This document shows positions 20,983 to 31,137 of a stretch of 64,000 nt of DNA, in pieces. How positions within the stretch are numbered: position 1 is the first letter of the stretch; each line of letters starts with the position of its first letter. The notes beneath the pieces are model-generated. The model saw nothing but the letters and a program-made list of their open reading frames with translations, was not told where the DNA came from and did no database searches. Source of the DNA: a virus; the IMG/VR virus record IMGVR_UViG_3300037264_003213, positions 1 to 64,000 of that record. The stretch is one strand, 5' to 3'. Both the position numbers and the translations under genes were made by a program.

Positions 20983-21292
20983 AAATAGTAGGAAGGAACC
21001 TAATTTTTCACTAAATGATTTTAGAAAGTGGATGGGCAAACAAAAATTTGAATCTCGTAAACCAAAGTACCGAGGCTGCATTGTCGAGTCTAAACTAAGC
21101 TTGAAAAGGCTGGTAAGCAAGATGGACGTGGACCAAGGTGAGCTTTACGAGATGGCCAAGGATTTCAAGCGTAGAGGTGGCACGATCCTTGAATGCGACA
21201 ATGATAACATTCTGCTGGTAGAAGTTAGATCGGGCACATTTAGAATACCAAAGTTCTTCGTTAGTGTTCTTAACTCATACGGCGAATCATAG
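20975..21292 (+). CDS. Hypothetical protein
   Basis: 105-aa ORF overlapping the upstream stop codon. Confidence 0.7.
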   Translation: MDKNSRKEPNFSLNDFRKWMGKQKFESRKPKYRGCIVESKLSLKRLVSKMDVDQGELYEMAKDFKRRGGTILECDNDNILLVEVRSGTFRIPKFFVSVLNSYGES

Positions 21293-21629
21293 TCTTATTT
21301 TTATTTAACTTAACTGCCACTACTTTTGATAGTTCTGACGCAGAAAAGTTAATCAGGGGAGTATTTGTTGATGGGGGCGCATTGACACCCCTTTTGTGTA
21401 ATTTATCTCGCAACTGTAAATAATCATCAGCACTTTCGAGCCAAGGTTCCCATTCCATGCGGTGGCTTTCAATCACCTTCTCCAAATCAGTCCGCTCTTG
21501 AGAAGACATCCCTAATACGCCCAAATCCGATAGCCTTGACGCCTGAAATTGATGTGTACTGATTACACTACCGATAACTTTAGCGTCTCCTTTATTCCTC
21601 TTGATGAGGTAAAGATACACTTTTCCCAT
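21270..21629 (-). CDS. Hypothetical protein
   Basis: GGAG RBS before the MGKVYLY start. Confidence 0.65.
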   Translation of the reverse strand: MGKVYLYLIKRNKGDAKVIGSVISTHQFQASRLSDLGVLGMSSQERTDLEKVIESHRMEWEPWLESADDYLQLRDKLHKRGVNAPPSTNTPLINFSASELSKVVAVKLNKNKTMIRRMS

Positions 21630-21760
21630 ATTTTTTCTCCAAAACAACCTTAAAGAAAATCTCTAACACCATTTTACTATGATAGTCAAAAGGTTCAAAT
21701 TGCTTGAAGAAGCAATCAAAACTTTCATAAGCTAGTTTAGTTTTTTCTTGAGATTCTGTC

Positions 21761-22069
21761 ATGACCATACCTTTCACTCAATATCTAGATATTAAAGACA
21801 AGTATTGCCTGGCTTATTTTGGTGATGACAAAGAATTACTTTCCAAAATGCTAGAAGCTAGGGAATATATCGAAAAAGAACTTAAAGGCTTAAAAATATT
21901 CATCGCCTGTAAGGATACATCAGTATTACAAGGCGAACGAAATATTATTTTTGAGTCAACTATGCCTTATTTTAAAGGCAAAATAGCTCATATGTGTAAT
22001 TTGGAAAAAAAAGAAGACTTAAAATCGCTTTTAGATGAATCAAAAATACCAATTCCTAAAGATTTCTAA
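21761..22069 (+). CDS. Hypothetical protein
   Basis: 102-aa ORF. Confidence 0.6.
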   Translation: MTIPFTQYLDIKDKYCLAYFGDDKELLSKMLEAREYIEKELKGLKIFIACKDTSVLQGERNIIFESTMPYFKGKIAHMCNLEKKEDLKSLLDESKIPIPKDF

Positions 22070-22137
22070 CAAGAAATTAAACAACAATTATATATACATT
22101 CAGACAGACAGACCAGACTAAACAAGGAGTCAGTTTA

Positions 22138-22740
22138 ATGAGTGTTTTTAAGGTACATTTAAATTACCCAGGCAAACAGGGTTATCTAGATTTTAACCCA
22201 GCAACAGCAAGCCCAGGCTTTTTAGGCAATCAGATGCAGCCTTCGAAGCAGCGCACTATGTTTTGCGCTGGCCCGAACAGAATTTATCGGGAATTATTCG
22301 ACGGTCAGGTATTCACGGATTGCAACTATTGGAAGCGTTTTGCTTTCCCACAGGTTCCCCAGGAAACTGCTTTCATCGAAGTCCTAACAGATGACGGAAG
22401 TATTTACTCGGATATCCCAGGCGAAAACACCTTCCCAAAGGTTTTCTATCCATATTCAGTTCTTGCAGCCGATACATTTGCAACCAATTTTATCGACATT
22501 GTTGGAACTTATGGTGCAGCAGCAACATTCGTTCAGATTACCAACTTAGGCACTATTGCTAACCAGGACATTACTGTTCAGCTTAACGGCGACGTTTCAG
22601 CAGTTATGTTACTAGCAAACGGCGATACACAGGTTTTCAATGCTGGTGACTTGGCAGTAACCAAGCTAGCATTTGACGGTGGCGTAGCAACAACCACACT
22701 ACAGATCGTTCTATCCCTAACAGTTCAGTGCAACAGCTAA
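22138..22740 (+). CDS. Putative abundant virion structural protein
   Basis: AAGGAG RBS, TATATA element upstream, own terminator. Codon style resembles the capsid gene; beta-rich T/A/G C-terminal half. Confidence 0.6.
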   Translation: MSVFKVHLNYPGKQGYLDFNPATASPGFLGNQMQPSKQRTMFCAGPNRIYRELFDGQVFTDCNYWKRFAFPQVPQETAFIEVLTDDGSIYSDIPGENTFPKVFYPYSVLAADTFATNFIDIVGTYGAAATFVQITNLGTIANQDITVQLNGDVSAVMLLANGDTQVFNAGDLAVTKLAFDGGVATTTLQIVLSLTVQCNS

Positions 22741-22754
22741 TAGGATTTAATCCG

Positions 22755-22788
22755 AAAAATAAGCCACCTAATTAGGTGGCTTATTTTT
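22755..22788. terminator. Perfect 34-bp palindrome, bidirectional intrinsic terminator
   Basis: aaaaataagccaccta-at-taggtggcttattttt. Confidence 0.85.
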
Positions 22789-22804
22789 TTTACTATATTA
22801 GTTC

Positions 22805-23818
22805 ATGATACTAGGATTAAAAAAGAAACCAAAGCCAGTAGAAAATACCTTGCGAAGCTTCTATGACAAACGCAATAAAATACTACTTATTCGTGACGCA
22901 AGGGGCATTGGTGACATTTTGAATTGCAGGATGTTATTCAAAAATTTCAAAGATCAATGCCCTGATTTACACCTGACATTCGCTTGCTTCCCTCAATACG
23001 CGGAATTGGTGCAAGACCACCCTTATCTGGATGCCGTCATTGCTATTAAAGACATAAACAAAAACGACTACATGACTTCGTATGATATCAGCAAATGCTG
23101 TATTCAGTATGAATCCAAGGAAATGAGCAGGAACGTCAAGCATCGAGCAGAAATATGGGCAGATTTTTGCGGCATTAAGCTGGAAGATCACAACATGCAT
23201 TTACCATATATCAGCAAAGAAAAAATGCTCGAAGGAAGATCGGTAATAAACAATCTAACCAAGAAAAAGAGCGTATTTTTCTCACCGTTGGCATTCGAAA
23301 ATCTAAGGTCTTTGCCCGCCGACCTAATAAAAGAGACGGTAAAGCTACTCAGAAACAAAGGGCTATTTGTTTATTCGGCACATAATGCTCCTTTAGAGCA
23401 ATTGTCCAGCTTGGGAGTTCCTGTGTTGATAGGCAAGTCAGTATCGGATTGGATGAGTTTTATTCATGCGGCGGATTACGTTGTAACGGTAGATACTTCG
23501 AATTTCCATTATGCGGGAGCTATTGGCAAGCCAATGACAGGTATTTTTACACACGTTGACGGAAAATTAAGGGGTAAATTTTACGACTTTATCCTGGTGC
23601 AGCATCATAGAAATAATGGGAATTGGCCTTGCGGTGGCCCTTGTTATAATTATTTATATTGTTCACATCCTAACTGTGTCGAACCAATTATTGGTCCGAA
23701 TAACCAAAGAACGCCATTAGGATTACGTCCATGTTTAACAGAATTAACTATAGAAATGATTCAAGAAGGTATTAACTCTATGTTGAAGAAATGGCCTTTG
23801 CAATTAAGCATGGATTAA
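22805..23818 (+). CDS. Glycosyltransferase family 9 (heptosyltransferase-like)
   Basis: RGIGDIL, HPYLDAVI, ADYVVTVDTSNFHYAGAIGKP and a C-terminal PC..PC motif. Confidence 0.9.
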   Translation: MILGLKKKPKPVENTLRSFYDKRNKILLIRDARGIGDILNCRMLFKNFKDQCPDLHLTFACFPQYAELVQDHPYLDAVIAIKDINKNDYMTSYDISKCCIQYESKEMSRNVKHRAEIWADFCGIKLEDHNMHLPYISKEKMLEGRSVINNLTKKKSVFFSPLAFENLRSLPADLIKETVKLLRNKGLFVYSAHNAPLEQLSSLGVPVLIGKSVSDWMSFIHAADYVVTVDTSNFHYAGAIGKPMTGIFTHVDGKLRGKFYDFILVQHHRNNGNWPCGGPCYNYLYCSHPNCVEPIIGPNNQRTPLGLRPCLTELTIEMIQEGINSMLKKWPLQLSMD

Positions 23819-24380
23819 TGTTTTTTTTATTACAAAATTCTTTGACTAATGACGCTAGAGAATTAACAAAAACCTCTTCTGAAATTACTTGGTGTAAAAG
23901 ACAATTAAATTTTTTACCAATTTGTCTATTTTCAATATCCCCCCTCCTTGCAGAGTTGTCAGACTGGGGGATTATTCTTAGATTTGATAATTCATAATTA
24001 CCTTCAGAATCCATACGGTCAACACTAGGACGAACACCAGGGTTATCTTGCATAAATTTAGTTATTTCTGGAACCGCCCACTCCATAAATTCAGGACGAA
24101 TAATTTTAAGTTTTACATTTTTATAACTAGGATATACTTCTTCATTACTTGTCCTTCTTACCATTCCCCGCCATGCTGTTGCTGCTTTGCCATACGGCGT
24201 TGAATTTATTTTTTTTGCGCGTTTCCTTTTAGACGCTTTGCCATTTTCAGTTCTAACGTAATTTCTAACATCTTGCAAAAGACATATTTTACACCTACTT
24301 GTTTTACCATCACCAGCACGCTTGTCAGTAAAAAATTCATTTAAATTTTTACTTATTTTACATTTGGTACATTTTTTCAT
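23778..24380 (-). mobile_element. HNH-type endonuclease with N-terminal zinc finger
   Basis: CTKC...CKIC and PSVDRMDSEGNYELSNLRII..SDN. Antisense insertion overlapping the GT9 3' end. Confidence 0.8.
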
Positions 24381-24472
24381 AATATGAAGTATATACGCAA
24401 TTTCAAAAACTGTCAATATCTAAAATTGGCATTTTGAAATTTTTATTTTAAAAATTAACTATATAATTAGTT

Positions 24473-24709
24473 ATGGGAGATTTAATAAGGCCCACTAAAA
24501 TTCGTGTGGTAACTAGAGAAGGAGAATGTCAGTTAAATATAACAATAGACCTGAACATTAACCTGAATACTGGTACTGTCGATTTACAATCCGCTCAAGC
24601 CAACAAAATAGAGAAACCAATAGAAGATGAAGATAAGACAGTTTGGGCCATACCGACTTTCAAATCAGAAGACAAAGTAAAGTTTGGTAAAAGAAAAGAA
24701 CAGGAGTAA
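24473..24709 (+). CDS. Hypothetical protein
   Basis: 78-aa ORF with TATATA 7 nt upstream of the ATG. Confidence 0.65.
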   Translation: MGDLIRPTKIRVVTREGECQLNITIDLNINLNTGTVDLQSAQANKIEKPIEDEDKTVWAIPTFKSEDKVKFGKRKEQE

Positions 24710-24759
24710 GATTCCCAAATAATTTCAGTTTTGGTAAAATGAAAGAAAAGGAGTGAAAA

Positions 24760-25476
24760 ATGATAGGAATATACGGCATTAAAAACAAGGTAAATCTGAA
24801 AACTTATGTTGGACAAAGCATTACAATACCATATCGTTTTACAATTCATCAAAAACATCTAATGGAAAACCGCCACTTTAATTCATGTTTGCAAGAAGAG
24901 TTCAATCAATTTGGAATAAATAATTTTGATTTCTTGGTTTTAGAAAAATGTCAGGATGATCTTCTTGATGAAAAAGAAAAGCAATGGATAAAGGAATTAA
25001 GAGAAACAACTGGCGTATATAACGTAAGAGCAGGAGGAGAGAATTTAAGGGGAAACAATAACCCATTTTTTGGTAAGAAACACACAGATGAGGCTAAGAA
25101 TAAAATGTCCGTAAGTAAATCAAAAATGTATGTCGGCTCAAATAATCCAAACTATGGAAAACAACAAACGCATAGCACAAAATTAAAAATGGCAATAAAT
25201 AATAGTGGCACAAAATTAAATCCTGATAAGGTTCTAGAAATTAAAAATTGTTTACTTGCTGGAGAAGACCATTTATTCATAGCAAATAAATACAAAATAA
25301 GTAGAACTGTAATTACCAGAATTTCTAACGGCACAAGATGGAGTAATATAACTGGAGGACCAGTTATGCCAGTTGTTTACAATGATGCTGGAATAAGACA
25401 ATTATCCACCACTCATAAAATGAGAATAGGGAAATCTCATCAAGGAATGAAATACAAAAGAAAGGTGGTAATATAA
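24760..25476 (+). mobile_element. GIY-YIG homing endonuclease with NUMOD3 repeats
   Basis: GIYGIKN..TYVGQS, NPFFGKKHTDEAKNKMS, NPNYGK. Confidence 0.9.
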
Positions 25477-26493
25477 ATGCCATGTGGTTTTGATGCTGGA
25501 ACCTACAATCTTGTGTGCTGCACAAGGGATGACAAGAAAAACTTCGTTTACGACCGAGAAGTAAATGCATTCTTGGAAATACCACTAGAAGATCGTTTGG
25601 TTTTCCAAATGATGAAAACAGTCGGTGTGCCGTTAATCGAAAGAGAAAAGACAAAGAAAGCTTATGCTCTTGGCGAGAAAGCGGTTCGCATGGCTTATAC
25701 ATTGGCGCAACTGGAACTTAAACGACCAATGCGAGACGGCTGTGTAAATTCAAAAGAAAAAGAAGCTTACGAAGTCATGAGTATTATGATTCATAGCTTG
25801 TTAGAAGGCAACGTTAATAGTCCCAATGACGTGCTTTATTACAGCGTGCCAGCTAACGCAATTAACGAAGAAACTGACACTGAATTCCACACAAAAGTCT
25901 TGGAGTCTATCTTTATGGCTTATGAATCCGACAACAAATACAAGGTAAAAGCTTTACCAATTAACGAAGGCTTAGCTCTTGTTTATGCAGAACTCAAAGC
26001 TGACAACTACACGGGTATTGGTATTTCTTTCGGAGCAGGCATGGTTAATCTATGCTTCTCTATGTTCGGTGTTCCTGTATTCACATTTGCAATCGTCAAT
26101 AGTGGTGACTGGATTGACAAAATGGCAGCAAAGGCCACTGGCGAAAGTACCACCTTCATAAACCAAGAAAAAACTAAAATCAATCTAAACGTTGAGCCAA
26201 CCAACTTGGTTGAGCGCGCTATTCAGACTCAATATAGAATCATGATCGAAAAGACCGTTAATGTCATTAAGAAAGGTTTAAGTGAAGTGGGCAAGAAGGC
26301 ACGCTCAGACATGCCTGTTAATATTGTCATAGCGGGCGGCACCTCTTTGCCAATAGGATTTGATACGTTGTTTAGAGATATAATTAAGCAGGCAGAACTT
26401 CCAATCCAGATTGGGACTATTGTAAGACCAGATGATCCATTATTTAGCGTTGCCAGGGGATGCTTGGTAGCAGCGGAGAATTCTTTGCAATGA
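25477..26493 (+). CDS. Actin-like ATPase (ParM/MreB/Alp superfamily)
   Basis: Phosphate-1 GFDAGTYN, connect-1 INEGLA, phosphate-2 ISFGAGMVN, GDWID, adenosine IAGGTS, connect-2 SVARG. Confidence 0.85.
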   Translation: MPCGFDAGTYNLVCCTRDDKKNFVYDREVNAFLEIPLEDRLVFQMMKTVGVPLIEREKTKKAYALGEKAVRMAYTLAQLELKRPMRDGCVNSKEKEAYEVMSIMIHSLLEGNVNSPNDVLYYSVPANAINEETDTEFHTKVLESIFMAYESDNKYKVKALPINEGLALVYAELKADNYTGIGISFGAGMVNLCFSMFGVPVFTFAIVNSGDWIDKMAAKATGESTTFINQEKTKINLNVEPTNLVERAIQTQYRIMIEKTVNVIKKGLSEVGKKARSDMPVNIVIAGGTSLPIGFDTLFRDIIKQAELPIQIGTIVRPDDPLFSVARGCLVAAENSLQ

Positions 26494-26736
26494 TTATTTC
26501 TTTTTCATTAAATCGGTGGTGCTTTGTGGGTAATTCTTCTCAACATGTTTAGTTAATAAGTGTTTAGCAGCAAGGTATGCAGGTAATATTGCCGCTGGAC
26601 CGCCGATAGTACCACCTGCAAGACCACCTAGTATAGACCCACCCATAGGAATTGCTAACGACAATATCTTAGAGCCAATACCTTCACGGTTCTTTTCTTT
26701 CTTCTCTTTTTCCTCTAACCATGTTCTAAATTCCAT
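26494..26736 (-). CDS. Small glycine-zipper protein
   Basis: MEFRTWLEE N-terminus; GGSILGGLAGGTIGG hydrophobic segment. Confidence 0.65.
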   Translation of the reverse strand: MEFRTWLEEKEKKEKNREGIGSKILSLAIPMGGSILGGLAGGTIGGPAAILPAYLAAKHLLTKHVEKNYPQSTTDLMKKK

Positions 26737-26926
26737 GACTTATATATACTACAAATTAATTACTATGCTTAAAAATTATTCATTACTGTTGGTAAAAATT
26801 ATTAAATATGACATATATAAAATGCAAACCCTTATAAGTGTTCAGGTTGTATGGAATGATTCCATTATATTTGGGCCTCGTTGCTAGACGAAGTAAGGCA
26901 TTTTGTTAATTAGAAAGGTTAGAAAA

Positions 26927-27526
26927 ATGAAAAATTATGATGATGATGTAGCAATACATCCAGAGCAAGAACCTGATGTGGTTGCCTTGAGTAACCAAAA
27001 CGTTCAGGAAGTGAAAGACATTATTCGGAACGCTGAGAAAGCTGAAGAAGAATGGCGTAAGGAAAAACTTCAAGAAGCCTTGGATGACATCCAAGAAGCT
27101 TGTGGCAAAAAAGGAAAGGAACCTAAGCTTTTGTATGATGACGAATCCAGCGATTGTTGCTTACCTAACTTAAATGGAGCAAGACAAACGTTTGGTTTTC
27201 GCAAAGATGTGGATGAATTCGCTTTATGGCGAAGGTTAGCTAGTGTAAAAGCTGGCAGTAATATAGACCCGCAAGTTTTCTGTCCTACCAACGACTTAAT
27301 GGAATACATTATTATTAAACTCAATAAGTCATTCCCTAATCTAAACCTGACTTGGAGCGAAGAATCTTGGAATCCATGCTTACAAATCAATGGTTGTTTA
27401 ACAAAGATTAGCATGGAAAAAATAGCTCTGGCTTATCAAGGTTTGTTGAATGTTGCAGATGAATTAAATGTGCAACCCATAATCTGTAATATTATTGCTA
27501 AAAAACTTGAAGAGTTATTCATTTAA
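26927..27526 (+). CDS. Hypothetical protein
   Basis: GAAAGG RBS before ATG 26927. Confidence 0.65.
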   Translation: MKNYDDDVAIHPEQEPDVVALSNQNVQEVKDIIRNAEKAEEEWRKEKLQEALDDIQEACGKKGKEPKLLYDDESSDCCLPNLNGARQTFGFRKDVDEFALWRRLASVKAGSNIDPQVFCPTNDLMEYIIIKLNKSFPNLNLTWSEESWNPCLQINGCLTKISMEKIALAYQGLLNVADELNVQPIICNIIAKKLEELFI

Positions 27527-27536
27527 GTGTAAGTCC

Positions 27537-27566
27537 GTGGGTCTTGGAGTAATATCCAAGGCCCAC
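27537..27566. terminator. Stem-loop, possible terminator or processing site
   Basis: gtgggtcttgga-gtaata-tccaaggcccac; 12-bp stem with one G-U pair and a weak U tract. Confidence 0.5.
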
Positions 27567-27591
27567 ATATTATAGAATCGAAAGGAATAGA

Positions 27592-27810
27592 ATGGGCGTA
27601 CAGAAATTAATTGGTGATCTAGGTGCAGCGGCGTATTACATGATGCATAAATATGAAGCTATTGGAAAAAAGGGTAAGAATATAGTATTTGAAATTGATG
27701 ACAAAGATATAGAAGAATTCGACAGATTATATAGGAAATACCTTAATAGTGAATTCCATCGCTTTGATTCTTGTTTAATGTCCTTGAAAAAACTGCCCGA
27801 AACTAACTAA
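27592..27810 (+). CDS. Small hypothetical protein
   Basis: AAAGGA RBS; DLGAAAY..KNIVFEI pattern common in small phage proteins. Confidence 0.7.
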   Translation: MGVQKLIGDLGAAAYYMMHKYEAIGKKGKNIVFEIDDKDIEEFDRLYRKYLNSEFHRFDSCLMSLKKLPETN

Positions 27811-27818
27811 ATATTGGC

Positions 27819-29786
27819 ATGAATAAGTGGCTAAGAATTAAGAATCATATATATCAGGAAAAGCTAGATGAAGTTAATGGTTTATTTAACAAAGTCAAAA
27901 ACAACATTAATGATGGGAAAATCCTTCGTAGTGAATGGCTGACTCCTCTGGAAAGCTGGACTCGTAGCCAAATTAAAGGAAATAGCTCTTTGAGGCTATC
28001 TCTTCATGAATTTGCTGATTTGAGTAAAATAGTAGACGACATTGATAGTATCTTTGCTCAAAATGCAGGTAGCGAAAATCAGGTAATCAATGAAGGGCAA
28101 AGTGTTTTCACAAACAATTATAAAAGATTTTTAGAGTCCAAAAACAATGATCTTAAACTAGAAGTATCAGCTGAATTAATTGAAGAGAAACAATTCCCTT
28201 TAGAAATATTCGTAGAATGGTATGAAGTAGCTTGTACGCTGCCATCAGAACAATTCAATGAAGAACTAGGAAGTTTTTGGGGCGATGTTTGGAAAAATGC
28301 TGCTATTGGCGGCGGTTATGGTGGTTTGGCTGGCACTGCCGCTGGGGGCATCCCAGGCACCTTCGCAGGGACGGGTATTGGCGGCTTAGCTGGCGGATTA
28401 TATGGCGGTGCATCCAATTTACTTAAACGAGTCTGGCATTACCGACAAACACAACGTAATTTCGAGCAAACAAAACAGAAAGCTGTAGAAGCCCTAAAGA
28501 AACTTAAGGAACTATCTCAGAGTTTTGAAATGCATCCTAATTTCATTAAGTCTTTAGATAGCATGATTGACCAGCTAGGATCGTCTAGGGCTTATCGTAT
28601 GGCTGGGGCACCTACAGACCCAAATGCTGGCAAACCAGTTAATCCTATGAAACAGCCCCACCCAGGTTGGGCTGAATTAGGCAAAAATTCTTCGCCAAGT
28701 GGACCTACTTCTACTATAGTTTCTCCACCAGTTGGTGCTTCTCCACCAGTTGGTGCTTCTCCACCAGTTGGTGCTTCTCCACCAGTTGGTGCTTCTCCAC
28801 CAGTTGGTGCTTCTCCTACAGCTTCTCCACCAGTTGGTGCTTCTCCTACAGCTTCTCCACCAGTTGGTGCTTCTCCAGTAATACCGCCTGTATTGCCTGG
28901 TAGAAAGGCACCAGTTCTTAGTGATGAAGAACGTGCAGCAAGAAGCCAACGCATGAAAGATCGCTGGATAAAAAAGAAAAAAGAAAAGGAAGAAGAAGAA
29001 GAAAGACAAGCGGCTTTAGCAGCAGCAATAGAAGGAGGAACACCACCTCCAGCCGATGCACCTCCAGCCGATGCACCTCCAGCCGATGCACCTCCAGCCG
29101 AAGACACAGACGCAATTAGCGATGAAAAAGATTTTTTAAGACTTTACAATAAGATTAAGGATAATCCAACACAATTGGCAAGGCTGGGCAATACCCTTAA
29201 CTCTTTAGGAGTTACTAAGCCAGGGAAAAATAAAGAACCAATAGTAAGGGGAATTCCTTTTGATGTTGACCATTTTAACCAACATTATAAAGATACTAAA
29301 GATAAGGACCAACATTATAAGGGTGGTCTTGCAAATCCTGAAGCCGCTCAAGAATCTATCGCAATAGCTAACACATACGCTCAGCATCTTGGCGCATCAA
29401 TAAGTCCTGATGCATCACTAAGAACACCTGGCGCACCAAAAGAAACGCCACCTGTTGCTGGGGAAGAACCAGTTAAAAAAGAATTAAAATCAAATGAAGA
29501 AATGGAACAAATGAAGAGGGGAGAACTAGAGCAATACATCGCAGATATCGGCCTAAAGAAATTACTAGATGACGGTGTAATTGAAGATGTTGGTATGAAA
29601 AATGGCCCAAAGAGAAGTCAGGCTATTAAATTGTTGAGATTTAACATAGAACATCCTGATGAACCTACAGAATCTGCATTTGTTAGAATTGGTAAGATGT
29701 TCCGAGAGAATAACTTCCGTAGTAAACTAGAATCTTTGCCAATCGAAAAACGGGCACAATACCTAGTTACCGTGGTAAGAAGTTAA
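27819..29786 (+). CDS. Large glycine-zipper, Pro-rich protein (candidate internal head/ejection protein)
   Basis: GGGYGGLAGTAAGGIPGTFAGTGIGGLAGGLYGG; SPPVGA and PPADA repeats; several (I/L)xE sites. Confidence 0.7.
   Translation: MNKWLRIKNHIYQEKLDEVNGLFNKVKNNINDGKILRSEWLTPLESWTRSQIKGNSSLRLSLHEFADLSKIVDDIDSIFAQNAGSENQVINEGQSVFTNNYKRFLESKNNDLKLEVSAELIEEKQFPLEIFVEWYEVACTLPSEQFNEELGSFWGDVWKNAAIGGGYGGLAGTAAGGIPGTFAGTGIGGLAGGLYGGASNLLKRVWHYRQTQRNFEQTKQKAVEALKKLKELSQSFEMHPNFIKSLDSMIDQLGSSRAYRMAGAPTDPNAGKPVNPMKQPHPGWAELGKNSSPSGPTSTIVSPPVGASPPVGASPPVGASPPVGASPPVGASPTASPPVGASPTASPPVGASPVIPPVLPGRKAPVLSDEERAARSQRMKDRWIKKKKEKEEEEERQAALAAAIEGGTPPPADAPPADAPPADAPPAEDTDAISDEKDFLRLYNKIKDNPTQLARLGNTLNSLGVTKPGKNKEPIVRGIPFDVDHFNQHYKDTKDKDQHYKGGLANPEAAQESIAIANTYAQHLGASISPDASLRTPGAPKETPPVAGEEPVKKELKSNEEMEQMKRGELEQYIADIGLKKLLDDGVIEDVGMKNGPKRSQAIKLLRFNIEHPDEPTESAFVRIGKMFRENNFRSKLESLPIEKRAQYLVTVVRS
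28722..28878 (+). repeat. 18-bp tandem repeat encoding SPPVGA
   Basis: tctccaccagttggtgct five times, then two more copies separated by a 12-bp variant. Confidence 0.95.
29046..29101 (+). repeat. 15-bp tandem repeat encoding PPADA
   Basis: cctccagccgatgca three times plus a partial copy. Confidence 0.95.
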
Positions 29787-29794
29787 CTACCTCG

Positions 29795-30715
29795 CTAATT
29801 CCCATGATATGATTGCATCCATCTTATAGTTCCGCTTTCAGAACGCATAAAAACACTATTGGTAATAGGACCAAATTCGCTGAAACGGCAGCCTTTCAGG
29901 AGGCTGCCGTCTGTTATTCCAGTCGCTGCAAAAACACAATGACCTACCACTAAATCATCTTGTTTATACACTTTATCATCTAACTTATTCCCATCTTTGT
30001 CACATAATTGTGCTTGAAAGCCGCCACCCAAGCATTTTACAGCACATGCAGTTAAAACCGCTTCGGGCGCACCACCCACGCCATAAAGCAAATCAATACC
30101 TCTATCTGGCAAGCAAGCTGCTATAGCGCCAGAAACATCACAATCCTGTATCAGCTTAATTCTGACGCCCATCTGCCTCATCCGTGCTATCACCTCAAGA
30201 TGGCGTGACCTATCCAAAATACAAACCATTATATCAGTAATCTTTTTTCCATTAGCGAGAGATGCTAGTTGTATTGTTCGTTCAATAGGATCGTTAATAT
30301 TGAGTTGGACAGTTTTGGCAATGGAAGCACCAAAAGCCAATTTATTCATGTAGAATTCCTCAGTCTGAAACATACATTTATTATCAGCCACGGCTATTAC
30401 AGACATTGCTTCTGGACCTGATGTAACAGTAGGTCTAGTACCTTCAATTGGATCAACCGCAATATCTAAAGGCATCAGGTCGTTAAAAACTCTTAACACA
30501 CCAACTTGTTCACCATGATATAATCCATATGATTTGTCTTTCTTGCCTTCACCGATAGCAATGGTGCCGCAAAATTCCATCTTGTTCAGTCGGCGTCTTA
30601 TTGCTTCGGTTGCGGCTTTATCTGCTTCTAGTTTGTCACCGCTGCCTATCCAATGGGAAGCAGCGATTGCGGCATTTTCGGTAGCCCTAACTAAATCAAG
30701 ACCTAATAGTTTCAT
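29795..30715 (-). CDS. glpX: Class II fructose-1,6-bisphosphatase (auxiliary metabolic gene)
   Basis: LVRATENAAIAA, IGEG, DIAVDPIEGT, DRSRH, DCDVSG, GGAPEAVL, AATGITDG, SGTIR. Confidence 0.95.
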   Translation of the reverse strand: MKLLGLDLVRATENAAIAASHWIGSGDKLEADKAATEAIRRRLNKMEFCGTIAIGEGKKDKSYGLYHGEQVGVLRVFNDLMPLDIAVDPIEGTRPTVTSGPEAMSVIAVADNKCMFQTEEFYMNKLAFGASIAKTVQLNINDPIERTIQLASLANGKKITDIMVCILDRSRHLEVIARMRQMGVRIKLIQDCDVSGAIAACLPDRGIDLLYGVGGAPEAVLTACAVKCLGGGFQAQLCDKDGNKLDDKVYKQDDLVVGHCVFAATGITDGSLLKGCRFSEFGPITNSVFMRSESGTIRWMQSYHGN

Positions 30716-31107
30716 TTCTTTTCCTCATTAAAAGCCTGTTTTGCTTTCTTGGCTATTTCAGCTAAAGCAGCAGGATTTACAAAAGATGTTTCTTGCACAA
30801 ACTTTGGTGGAATAACATGTTTTGCAGCAGTCAATGGTTTTTCTTTTCGATATTCTTCAATTATTTTAGCATCTACAGGATTATCTTCAAAGAGCATTTG
30901 TTCTTCTGTAATCGAAACAACGTAAGAGTAGAGGATAAAGGTTCTAGACTTGGTTGCGAGGTGTAACAACCATAAACCTTTTTCGTCAATAATCTCAAGG
31001 ATGCCAGAAAAGTAATCTGCCATCGCTTCTTCTTTAAATCGAAAATTAATTTGAACGGTAGTAATCGTAACCGCTTTGCCTACGAAATATTTAAAGTATT
31101 CTTTCAT
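30712..31107 (-). CDS. Hypothetical protein (Sm-like beta pattern)
   Basis: FVGKAVTI..FSGILEIIDEKGLWL..TFI; translationally coupled to glpX. Confidence 0.6.
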   Translation of the reverse strand: MKEYFKYFVGKAVTITTVQINFRFKEEAMADYFSGILEIIDEKGLWLLHLATKSRTFILYSYVVSITEEQMLFEDNPVDAKIIEEYRKEKPLTAAKHVIPPKFVQETSFVNPAALAEIAKKAKQAFNEEKK

Positions 31108-31137
31108 AAAATAATATAGTGACTATAAATATTTATT

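Noticed and set aside
24710-25476. Group I intron around the GIY-YIG gene
   Set aside because: Flanks are only about 50 nt and 0 nt, too short for a ribozyme core, and the neighbouring genes look intact.
26737-26926. Structured ncRNA or riboswitch in the intergenic gap
   Set aside because: AT-rich divergent promoter region with no convincing stems by eye. A covariance-model search would be needed.
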